A stretch of 16,301 nt of DNA, from NCBI GenBank assembly GCA_042219045.1, contig JBDGQO010000056.1:1-16301 (forward strand), in the 5' to 3' direction. Origin of the DNA: Candidatus Bipolaricaulia bacterium (GTDB lineage Bacteria; Bipolaricaulota; Bipolaricaulia; RBG-16-55-9). The position numbers and the translations under genes were made by a program. Under the pieces are notes generated by a model, which was given only the letters and a program-made list of their open reading frames with translations, had not been told where the DNA came from and did no database searches. Shown in pieces: positions 1-7,515 of the stretch; the stretch's first letter is position 1; each line of letters opens with the position of its first letter.

Positions 1-279
1 GCGATCGTGACCTCGACGGCGGCGCTGATGACGCGCTTCGACGCGGAGCATCCCCGACAGAGCGTCGGACTCTTCGGAAGCTTGCCGGCGTTGGCGGCGA
101 GCGCGGTCTTCATTCTTGCCAGCGCCCTGGCCGTCTTGAGACTAGCCGGCGTGGCGTTGCCCTTTTTGCCCGGTTGGCCGACCGCGACCGTGGGTCTGAT
201 TCTGCTCGTTGTTGTGGCCGGCATCGGGCTGCTGGTTCGCATGGCGACCCGACGCATCGAACGTTGGCCACTCGAGTGA
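1..279 (+). CDS. C-terminal fragment of an integral membrane protein, possibly an ABC-2-type exporter permease (truncated at left edge)
   Basis: Frame 1 is open from base 1 to TGA 277-279. Two hydrophobic segments follow the motif RFDAEHPRQSVGLFG, and the tail is basic (RMATRRIERW). This resembles C-termini of putative ABC permeases; the family call is inference. Confidence 0.6.
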   Translation, partial: AIVTSTAALMTRFDAEHPRQSVGLFGSLPALAASAVFILASALAVLRLAGVALPFLPGWPTATVGLILLVVVAGIGLLVRMATRRIERWPLE

Positions 280-327
280 GCGATTGGGACCCGGCAAAGA
301 TACGTGCGCTTCGATCGGGATAGTTTG

Positions 328-1371
328 TCAGGACTCGGCGGAGGGGGGACGGTCCGCGAGCAACAGCGCGATCCAGCGCGTCCGGGGGTTGCTGGCGAGG
401 CCGAGCTTTAGTGCCACCGTCAACGGCACGGTGAAGACCATCCCGACGAGGCCGAGGATCCAGCCCCAGAACAACATGGACACGAAGACGACGAGGATCG
501 ACAGTCCCATGCCCTGCCCGAAAATCCGCGGTTCGAGGTAGTTCCCGAGTAGCACGCCCATCACCAGAAAGCCGAGGCCCACGACCACGGCCGTTAGCCA
601 GCTCGCCGTCAGGCCCGCGATCAGAATGGGCGGCACGGCGGCGATGACGGTGCCGAAGTAGGGGATGTAGCTGAGCAAGAACGTGAGCATGCCCCAAAGC
701 AAGGCGAACTCCACGCCGAAGATGGCCGTCCAGATGGCGATAAAGACGCCCGACGCCACGTTGATCAGGCTCTTGATGGAGAAGTAGCGCTCGATGGCCT
801 CGTTGAACTCGTCGATGAAGTCGAGGATCGGCTCGGGGTCGCGGAACGCGAAGCGGAGCTTGCGGGTAAACTGGGACGCTTCCATCAGGATGAAGATGAC
901 CAGCGCGATCACCAATGACGCTGAGGAGAGCGTGCTGCCCAGCGTGTTGAGCAGCGATGTGAAGAGTTGGACGCCGCGGTTCAAGTTCAGGTACTGGTCC
1001 AGCGTCTGATCCTCAACCGGCACTCCCAGATCGTCGAGCCAGGCCTTCAAATCCGCCTGCCAAGCCGAGAACCGATCCTGATATTGCATCAGCGTCGATC
1101 CGAACTGGTCGATCGTCGTCTTCGCGAGCAAGATCAACGACACCAGTAACCCGATGACCAGCAGGATCACCAGGATCATGGCCAGGACCGACGGCACCCC
1201 CCAGCGCGCCAGTCGCGAGTAGACCCCGTAGCTGATCACGGAGAGGAACAACGCCACCATGAGGTGGACAATGATCGACTGTGCCGCGGCGATGCCCGCC
1301 ACGATGACGATCAATGCGGCCAGCGACACGAGCTTCGAGGCAAGGCGCCCATCGCGAGTCTGATCGGCCAT
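328..1371 (-). CDS. AI-2E (PerM/TqsA) family membrane transporter, 347 aa
   Basis: ATG at 1371 preceded by GGAGA SD. Multiple TM helices; family motifs LLWGMLTFLLSYIPYFG, GNYLEPRIFG and FWGWILGLVGMVFTVPLT. Confidence 0.92.
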   Translation of the reverse strand: MADQTRDGRLASKLVSLAALIVIVAGIAAAQSIIVHLMVALFLSVISYGVYSRLARWGVPSVLAMILVILLVIGLLVSLILLAKTTIDQFGSTLMQYQDRFSAWQADLKAWLDDLGVPVEDQTLDQYLNLNRGVQLFTSLLNTLGSTLSSASLVIALVIFILMEASQFTRKLRFAFRDPEPILDFIDEFNEAIERYFSIKSLINVASGVFIAIWTAIFGVEFALLWGMLTFLLSYIPYFGTVIAAVPPILIAGLTASWLTAVVVGLGFLVMGVLLGNYLEPRIFGQGMGLSILVVFVSMLFWGWILGLVGMVFTVPLTVALKLGLASNPRTRWIALLLADRPPSAES

Positions 1372-1387
1372 GGTTCTCCAGCCACGC

Positions 1388-1417
1388 ATCATAGCCGACG
1401 GGCGTTGGAGATGTCGA
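1388..1417 (-). promoter_or_regulatory. Candidate sigma70 promoter for the AI-2E gene
   Basis: Minus strand reads TCGACA (1417-1412)-N18-TATGAT (1393-1388), 16 nt upstream of the ATG. Confidence 0.55.
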
Positions 1418-1490
1418 TTCCCGCAGCCCCATCGCCGTATTGCCGTCGCTGTGTTCTCGGCATCACGCCCAGCCGGGCACGAACGGTTGC

Positions 1491-2510
1491 ATGAGCGCCA
1501 GCCCATTCGCATTCTGGGGGATCGAGTCGGAACGCAACTCGACTGTCGGACGGGAGTGCTGGGCTGTGTTCACCGGAGACGAGGACATCGTGGCGACCGT
1601 GCGCCAGCGAGGCTGGACCCGGCGGCGCCAGCAGGCGTTCCTGCGTCAGTACGGCTCGCTGCTGCGCCAGGCGATGCTGAGCGAGCTCGGCCGGCGCTTC
1701 GGCGCCCAGGCGATCCATGGGCTGCGAGACTATCTGACGTCCCTGGAGCGAGGGGAGCAGCCGAACGATGGCCAGCTGGCCGGGCGGTTCCTTGAGCTGG
1801 CCCAGGACGTCTGGCAAGCGGTCTGTCTCGAAATATTTCGCGCCGAGCGGAACACGATCATGCAATACGACGCGTACTGCCGGAACTGCCAGCAACAGGG
1901 ACGCACGCCCATGCCGTTCAAGGGGTATCTGTGGGGGCTGGTCAGCCTGAAAGTGCGCCAACAGATTCCGCGCCACCGGCAGGCGTTCGATCCGGTCCAA
2001 TCGCCGCCCGTGGACGACGATGCCGAGGGGGACGCGCTAAATTGGGAAGACCAACGGGAGGCGGAGGCCCATCCGGCCGCGGAAGCCATCGCGTTGGCCG
2101 ATCCGGTCGACGGGTACTGGGAGGGGCTATTGCGGTGCGACGCGCCGGATCCCTCGGCCGTTGCCCAGATGCTGGAACTAACCGATCGCGACGAGCACCG
2201 GCTCTGTTGGGCCTGTAGCTCGCTCAAGCGGCGTCTCGACGAGACCAAGCGCGAGAACTTGATCGCGTTCGTGGCGTTCTTCGTCAGTCAACGCGGCCCG
2301 GAGCAACGGGAAGCCGACCTCCCCGAGCGACACCAGCTTTGCCTGGAGCATCTGGCCGGGCGCTATCTCCGCTGGGAGGCCGATGTCTGCGCACGCATCT
2401 TCGGCAAATCGATCCGCAAAGACCGTGTTATTGAGCAAATCCAGGCCGAGCTTGACCGACTTCCGGATGGAGCAGCAACCCCCGACGCGGAAAGGGGCGA
2501 GATGGAATGA
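1491..2510 (+). CDS. Divergent ECF-type sigma70-like factor with insertions and two CxxC motifs, 339 aa
   Basis: Sigma region-2-like pattern in the right order: GDEDIVATVRQRG...AFLRQYGSLLRQAM...LAQDVWQAVCLEIF...YD...FKGYLWGLVSLKVRQQI. Degenerate region-4-like C-terminus. ATGA overlap with a downstream ZAS anti-sigma gene. No clear SD, so the start is somewhat uncertain. Confidence 0.62.
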   Translation: MSASPFAFWGIESERNSTVGRECWAVFTGDEDIVATVRQRGWTRRRQQAFLRQYGSLLRQAMLSELGRRFGAQAIHGLRDYLTSLERGEQPNDGQLAGRFLELAQDVWQAVCLEIFRAERNTIMQYDAYCRNCQQQGRTPMPFKGYLWGLVSLKVRQQIPRHRQAFDPVQSPPVDDDAEGDALNWEDQREAEAHPAAEAIALADPVDGYWEGLLRCDAPDPSAVAQMLELTDRDEHRLCWACSSLKRRLDETKRENLIAFVAFFVSQRGPEQREADLPERHQLCLEHLAGRYLRWEADVCARIFGKSIRKDRVIEQIQAELDRLPDGAATPDAERGEME

Positions 2511-3100
2511 ACGTCGACGAAGTGATCGCGAACGCGCAGGCGGAAGCCGAGCAACGAGCGCCAATCCAGTCCGGACATCCCACCGAGGCCCAACTGTGGG
2601 CCTACCTCCATAACGAGCCTGAGAGCCCCCTCCAACGCCAAGTTGGGGCCCACGTCGGGAGCTGCTCGATCTGTCGGACGAACCTAACGACATGGCGCGG
2701 TGCCCTCGCCGAACTGGACGTCCTGCTTGCCGATCGTTTGGAAGCACCCTCCGTCCACTCCGCATCGCCGTCTTCGGCCGGCAAGGGATGGTCCCAATGG
2801 CTCACGCAAACCTTGCAACCCGTCTTCGCTCCCCGGCGTTGGGCTTGGCACGCCGCCGCGTTCGTGGGGGGCAGCACGGCCCTGCTCGGCCTGAACAGCT
2901 ATCTCCACGAGGCGTTTGTGCCCGAACCGTCGCCCTTCGGATCGCCGCCGTCGCCGCCATGGTGGGCCGAGTGGTGGACGCCGTACGCCGTTGGGGCATG
3001 GGCCGGCCTGCTTGCGCTTCACGGTCTTGTTGTCCGGCGCAGGCACCAACGCAACAATGGAGCAGCGTCAAGCGGAGACTCGAGCGAAGACGAGGGATGA
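2507..3100 (+). CDS. Membrane-anchored zinc-binding (ZAS/zf-HC2) anti-sigma factor with C-terminal 2TM-like hairpin, 197 aa
   Basis: H24-x24-H49-xxx-C53-xx-C56 (HPTEAQLWAYL...HVGSCSIC). Two hydrophobic helices, WAWHAAAFVGGSTALLGLN and WWTPYAVGAWAGLLALHGLVV. Start overlaps the upstream stop (ATGA 2507-2510). Confidence 0.8.
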   Translation: MNVDEVIANAQAEAEQRAPIQSGHPTEAQLWAYLHNEPESPLQRQVGAHVGSCSICRTNLTTWRGALAELDVLLADRLEAPSVHSASPSSAGKGWSQWLTQTLQPVFAPRRWAWHAAAFVGGSTALLGLNSYLHEAFVPEPSPFGSPPSPPWWAEWWTPYAVGAWAGLLALHGLVVRRRHQRNNGAASSGDSSEDEG

Positions 3101-3103
3101 GCC

Positions 3104-4378
3104 ATGCGACGTTGGATCGTGGCGGTGCTAACGGTGGGACTGAGCGTCGTGATCGGTTTGGGCGCAGAGTGGCAAGGGTTCTGGGGCGCCGACGATTATC
3201 CGGGGACGGCATCCGTCGAGCCCGGTCGTTGGGCCGATACCCCGCTCTGTTGGGCCTATCACGACCCGTCCGCCTGGACGGAGGCCGAACGCGGCGTGGC
3301 GCGCGCCGCCATTGCCGAGTGGAGCGAGCGCGAGCAGGCAGGCAAGGTCGTGAATCCCTTTCAGGACAAGATCTTTCACGCTAGCCATCGACGATGCGCG
3401 GACCGCCCGACCGACATCGTGCTCCAATGGGCCACACCGCCCGGTGGCCTCGTGGGCTTTTACGCGCCCGTTCGCGTCGCCCCGCCCATCGAGCGGGAGT
3501 TCGGCGATCCCTGCGAACGCCTTGAGAGCCGGAACGTCTTGACCCGCTGCAGCGTCGTCTTGATCAACCCGACCCATCCCGACGGCTGGTTCGTCGACCC
3601 GACGCCATCGCGGGACGAGGAGTTCACCCAGGCCGCCAAGCTCAAGTGCGGTTCCATCGTCAACATGACCGTCGCCAAGCCGGACGGACCAGCCGCGGAT
3701 AAGGGCGATCTCTTCACGGTCATTGCCCACGAGTTCGGCCACGCGCTCGGGCTCATCCACTCCGACGGCTGCGACGGCGACCCGCGCACACCCCGCGATC
3801 CGCAGAATCTGTATGATGACGACGGCACGTTGATGTGGGGCGGTGCGCTCCAAGGCCGCCGCGGCCGCGGCAGCTCCGGCGGCATGGGGCTCGGCATTCG
3901 ACGTCGCGCTGACGCCCATGCCTACGACGCGCTGGCTGAGCTCTATGATTCCAACGCCCGCAACAACCGCTTCATCAACGCCACGGTGGACGTGCCCGTG
4001 TTGGCCCAACTTGACCAGCTTGCCCCTGAGTTCTGGCAGCGCGCAGCTGAGGATCGCCCATCGTCGCCGGTAGTGGCTGATCAGTCGTGCGATGAGGACT
4101 CCTGCACGCTCGACGCCAGCGGCGGCATCGACGGCGTCCGGTTCGTCGTCGGCGGGGGCTCGTTGGCGCCCGACCTAGCCCTCGACGGTCCGACCGGCGT
4201 CATCCACGGCATTCCCCAAGAGGCGGGGCAATATCGCCCTACCATCTGGGCCCAAGATACGCAGGACGATCACGTCGTTGCCGAGGTCCGCCTCACCATC
4301 GACGTATCCGGTGAGTCTGACGAGTCCGACGACTCGGACGATGAGGACAGCGAAGACCAGTCGCCACCCGAGGGCTGA
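3104..4378 (+). CDS. Secreted metzincin (matrixin/M10-like) zinc metalloprotease with C-terminal putative Ig (He_PIG-like) domain, 424 aa
   Basis: Signal peptide MRRWIVAVLTVGLSVVIGLGA. HEFGHALGLIH (HExxHxxGxxH) at 3728-3760; Met-turn GTLMW (ATG 3833). GSLAPDLALDGPTGVIHGIPQEAGQY is a He_PIG-like motif. D/E/S-rich tail. Starts 3 nt after the anti-sigma stop. Confidence 0.88.
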   Translation: MRRWIVAVLTVGLSVVIGLGAEWQGFWGADDYPGTASVEPGRWADTPLCWAYHDPSAWTEAERGVARAAIAEWSEREQAGKVVNPFQDKIFHASHRRCADRPTDIVLQWATPPGGLVGFYAPVRVAPPIEREFGDPCERLESRNVLTRCSVVLINPTHPDGWFVDPTPSRDEEFTQAAKLKCGSIVNMTVAKPDGPAADKGDLFTVIAHEFGHALGLIHSDGCDGDPRTPRDPQNLYDDDGTLMWGGALQGRRGRGSSGGMGLGIRRRADAHAYDALAELYDSNARNNRFINATVDVPVLAQLDQLAPEFWQRAAEDRPSSPVVADQSCDEDSCTLDASGGIDGVRFVVGGGSLAPDLALDGPTGVIHGIPQEAGQYRPTIWAQDTQDDHVVAEVRLTIDVSGESDESDDSDDEDSEDQSPPEG

Positions 4379-4387
4379 ACGGGGCGC

Positions 4388-4416
4388 TTGTGAGGGCGAG
4401 GCCGACGTTCTAAGAT
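4388..4416 (+). promoter_or_regulatory. Candidate sigma70 promoter for the histidine phosphatase
   Basis: TTGTGA (4388-4393)-N17-TAAGAT (4411-4416), 13 nt before ATG 4430; no SD. Confidence 0.5.
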
Positions 4417-4429
4417 AGCTTGATCCTTC

Positions 4430-5089
4430 ATGGCGACCGACGTCTATCTCATTCGGCACGGCCAGACCGACTGGAACCGCGATCGCATCTGCATGGGCCA
4501 ATCGGACATTCCGCTCAACGCGCTGGGTCGAGCACAGGCCCGTCTTGCCGCCCAGCGACTGCGCGATCACCCCATCTCCCACATTTACAGCAGCGATCTC
4601 ACGCGGACCGTCGAGACGGCCCGGCCACTGAGCCAAGCCCTGGGCCTTAAGATCTGGACGGATGCCGGATTTCGTGAGCTGGACTACGGGGACTGGCAGG
4701 GCATCCCCCAAGACGAACTGCCGCAACGGTACCCGGAAGCCTTTCGGAAGGATCTCCGTCTCAATCCGCTCAACTTCCATCCGGACGGCGGCGAGCGCGT
4801 CCACGATCTGTACGAGCGCGTCACGGCCGCTTTTGAGCAGATTGTCGACGACCATCCCGAGGCGTCGGTCGCCATCGTCGCACACGGCGGGGTCGTGCGC
4901 TGCCTCGCCAACGAGGTTCTAGGACGTGGCGCGTACGCCTCGGCGGAAATATTCTACAGCCTCGGCTTCGCCGTGAGCAACGGCGGAATCACGTTGGTGC
5001 ACGTCTCCGACGCCGAGACGCCCCAACTGATCTATCTGAACGATACCTGTCATCTCGCCTCGTTGTCCGAGTCCTCCGCGGCCGCGTAG
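4430..5089 (+). CDS. Histidine phosphatase superfamily protein (phosphoglycerate mutase/CobC-like), 219 aa
   Basis: LIRHGQTDWN catalytic motif, SSDLTRTVET, ELDYGDWQG, PDGGE, VAHGGV and YLNDTCHL. Confidence 0.93.
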   Translation: MATDVYLIRHGQTDWNRDRICMGQSDIPLNALGRAQARLAAQRLRDHPISHIYSSDLTRTVETARPLSQALGLKIWTDAGFRELDYGDWQGIPQDELPQRYPEAFRKDLRLNPLNFHPDGGERVHDLYERVTAAFEQIVDDHPEASVAIVAHGGVVRCLANEVLGRGAYASAEIFYSLGFAVSNGGITLVHVSDAETPQLIYLNDTCHLASLSESSAAA

Positions 5090-5343
5090 GCCCGTTCCAG
5101 GCGCCGCATCTCTGCGATGATCGTCTCGAAGATCCGTCGGACGGAGTCGGCGTCCAGCGGCCCCACATTGGCTGCCAGCAGGCGCTCGACGATGGCCGCC
5201 TCTCGGTCAGGATCGACAATCGAGGCGCCCGAGTCGGCTTTAGCCCGGCCGATCTGCCTGACCAACTCCAGGCGTCGGTTGAGCAGCCGCAGCAGCTCGG
5301 CGTCGATCTCGTCGATGTGGCGTCGCCGATCGTCGATGGACAC
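5050..5343 (-). CDS. Monofunctional chorismate mutase, AroQ/type II family, 97 aa
   Basis: GTG start with upstream GGAG. RRHIDEIDAELLRLLNRR, IGRAK, DPDRE and IFETIIAEMRRLE match the CM_2 pattern. Confidence 0.88.
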   Translation of the reverse strand: MSIDDRRRHIDEIDAELLRLLNRRLELVRQIGRAKADSGASIVDPDREAAIVERLLAANVGPLDADSVRRIFETIIAEMRRLERAYAAAEDSDNEAR

Positions 5344-5358
5344 GATGCGCGTCTCCGA

Positions 5359-7515
5359 TCACTCCGACCCAATGCGCGGATGGCGAGGCGCGAAGATGCC
5401 GTCCGGGTTCGGGATGCCGACCCACACGTGGAGCCCGTAGAGCGTCGGATGCCAGAACGCCAATGGGGATCCGTCGGCATTCTCCGCGGGGGCGTTTGAC
5501 GGGTCGGACACGGCTTGTTCGCTGCCGTCCTCGAAGTGCGCCGCGGCCGGACGGCTCGACCAATCGCTCGCATTGAAGAGCGTCACGCCCTCCATGCGCG
5601 ACACGAAGCGAACGCCGGCGAGCCTCATCTCCCCTTCGGCGTCTTTGGCGTAGAGCAACACCGGCGGCTTGTCGAAGGCTGGCCGACGATCCATGAGCAA
5701 CTTCTGCTTCACGTAGGCCTGACCCATGCCGTCGACAAGCGGGCCCACTTTCTCGTAGCCGGCATCTTGAGCGGCACTCGGCCGCTTGAAGTCGTTCATG
5801 CGCGTGTCCAGCTGGTTGAGCTGCACGACGGCGGTTACGTCGGCGTTCGTCATGCGGTACTGGGTTCCAGGAATGAAGACGTCGGCGGCGAAGCGCGCCT
5901 GAGCGTCTCGGGACTCTTCGTCCGTGACGACGCCCCCGTCGAGGTAGTAATTCATCCAGTCCGGAGTGGTAGGCGCTTCGCTGAATGCGGACTCCGAAGT
6001 CGTAACGGGTGCGCCCTGCGGAAGGCCTTCGCGCACGGAAACGCTCACGGTGGCCTCCGAGGCATTGCCCGCCTCATCGGTCACCCGCACACGAACGGTG
6101 TAGTCGCCCGGGGCGCCGTAGACGTGGCGCGCGGTCGCCTCGTCCGTCTCCTTGTCGATCGTGCCGTCGTTGGTCCAGTCCCATTGATAGGTGGCGATGT
6201 CGTCGTTGGGATCGGATGAGCCGGAGGCGTCGAAGGCGATCGCTTCGCCGACAAGTGGCTCGCCGGGCGAAGCGCTCAGGGCTGGCTTCGGGCGCCCGCC
6301 GTCCTTCCCTTCGTCATCGCTACTGTCATCGCCTTCGTCGTCGCCACCGTCTTTGCTGCCGGTATCGTCTTCGGTCTGGCTGTCGTCGGATTTCTCCCCA
6401 CTGTCGTCGTTGGTTTCTTCGTCAGGGTCCCCTTTGGAACGACCGTCACCCTTGCCGACTTGGATCGTCGGCGATTTGGGAAATCCCACGACGATCCGCT
6501 TACCCTGCGGGTTCGTGTACTCGAGCTGTGACGGCGATTGATTCAGCTCGAACGTGCCCTGACGCGCGAATCGGACTTCGTAGCGCGTGTGCCAAGCTTC
6601 GCCCTCGAACAGCATGGGCACGCGCCACTGCAGCTGGGTTGCGTCCCGACCGGGCAGGATCGACGGGCCGTTTTCGAGCCCCTTGACGTCGCTGACCGCC
6701 GGGGGCAGCGTCTGGGTGAGCAACAGATAGCGTGCGGCCACGTGGCGATCGCCTTCGCGGAGGATGCGCTCCAATACGTCATCGTTGTAGCGCTGAAAAA
6801 AGCGGCCGCCGGAGGCTTGCCCGACGCGCGACAACACGCTGGTTCGGACCGACGGCGTCGTGCCGATGGCAAAGATGGGAATATTGTTCTCGCCAGCCCG
6901 TTTGGCTTCGACAAGCGGATCGCGACCGACCTGGGCCACTCCGTCCGTCGGCGTCACGACGATCCGTGTCGCCTCGGACCGAGCATTGTTGACGAGCTCG
7001 TCGACGGCAAGCATTAGGCCGTCGCCGAGCGCTGTCTGTTGGCCCTCGACGAGCCCGTTGATGGTCTTGCGAATCTTCGCGAACGCCTCGGGGGCTTCCC
7101 CATCCGACCCGCCGAGCGAGGTCAGTCCCTGTTCAACTCGAGCCGAATCCGCAAACGAGACGATCCCCACGCGGTCGGAGGCCCCGAGGTGGGACACGAT
7201 CGTGCGGGCGATCTCTTGGACTCGGGCCAGGTCAACGCTTGCGGACCGATCCAGCGCAAGCATGAGATCAATCGGCCCATCGTCCGAGTCAAGTTGAGGC
7301 CCGATCACGGAGAGCTTCGCCTCCGCGGGCTCGGCCTTGCCGTCCTTGATGACCGCGATCTTTTTGGGCTGGACGTTCTGTTCAATCTGAACCGCATCGG
7401 TCGGCTGCGCGATCGCACCCATCGTGACGAGCGCGAGCAAAAGCGCTCCGACCAACCCCATACGCCATGTCTCAGCCAATCCGGGCAACAAACGGCGCAG
7501 CGGCCGCCTCAACAT
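5359..7515 (-). CDS. Secreted multidomain protein: VWA + acidic linker + PKD + uncharacterised C-terminal domains, 718 aa
   Basis: Strong SD GAGGTGA before ATG 7515. Signal-peptide-like N-terminus. MIDAS DRSAS (7251-7237), TALGDGL and TDG. PKD motif FDASGSSDPNDDIATYQWDW...HVYGAPGDYTVRVRVTD. Confidence 0.85.
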   Translation of the reverse strand: MLRRPLRRLLPGLAETWRMGLVGALLLALVTMGAIAQPTDAVQIEQNVQPKKIAVIKDGKAEPAEAKLSVIGPQLDSDDGPIDLMLALDRSASVDLARVQEIARTIVSHLGASDRVGIVSFADSARVEQGLTSLGGSDGEAPEAFAKIRKTINGLVEGQQTALGDGLMLAVDELVNNARSEATRIVVTPTDGVAQVGRDPLVEAKRAGENNIPIFAIGTTPSVRTSVLSRVGQASGGRFFQRYNDDVLERILREGDRHVAARYLLLTQTLPPAVSDVKGLENGPSILPGRDATQLQWRVPMLFEGEAWHTRYEVRFARQGTFELNQSPSQLEYTNPQGKRIVVGFPKSPTIQVGKGDGRSKGDPDEETNDDSGEKSDDSQTEDDTGSKDGGDDEGDDSSDDEGKDGGRPKPALSASPGEPLVGEAIAFDASGSSDPNDDIATYQWDWTNDGTIDKETDEATARHVYGAPGDYTVRVRVTDEAGNASEATVSVSVREGLPQGAPVTTSESAFSEAPTTPDWMNYYLDGGVVTDEESRDAQARFAADVFIPGTQYRMTNADVTAVVQLNQLDTRMNDFKRPSAAQDAGYEKVGPLVDGMGQAYVKQKLLMDRRPAFDKPPVLLYAKDAEGEMRLAGVRFVSRMEGVTLFNASDWSSRPAAAHFEDGSEQAVSDPSNAPAENADGSPLAFWHPTLYGLHVWVGIPNPDGIFAPRHPRIGSE

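Noticed and set aside
1372..1512. Longer N-termini in the ORF track for AI-2E (start 1512) and the sigma-like gene (TTG 1440)
   Set aside because: They would overlap head-to-head. The AI-2E ATG at 1371 has an SD and promoter candidate, and ATG 1491 is the first ATG of the sigma-like frame.
3128..4009. 293-aa minus-strand ORF and other alternate-frame ORFs over the cassette
   Set aside because: Shadow ORFs of the protease and anti-sigma genes, with Arg/Gly/Ala-rich composition and no motifs.
6300..6450. Repetitive gtc/tcg-rich tract suggesting a tandem repeat or array
   Set aside because: Encodes the D/E/S/G-rich linker of the VWA-PKD protein; no fixed unit or spacers. The same applies to the E2 Ala/Glu/Pro linkers and the protease tail.
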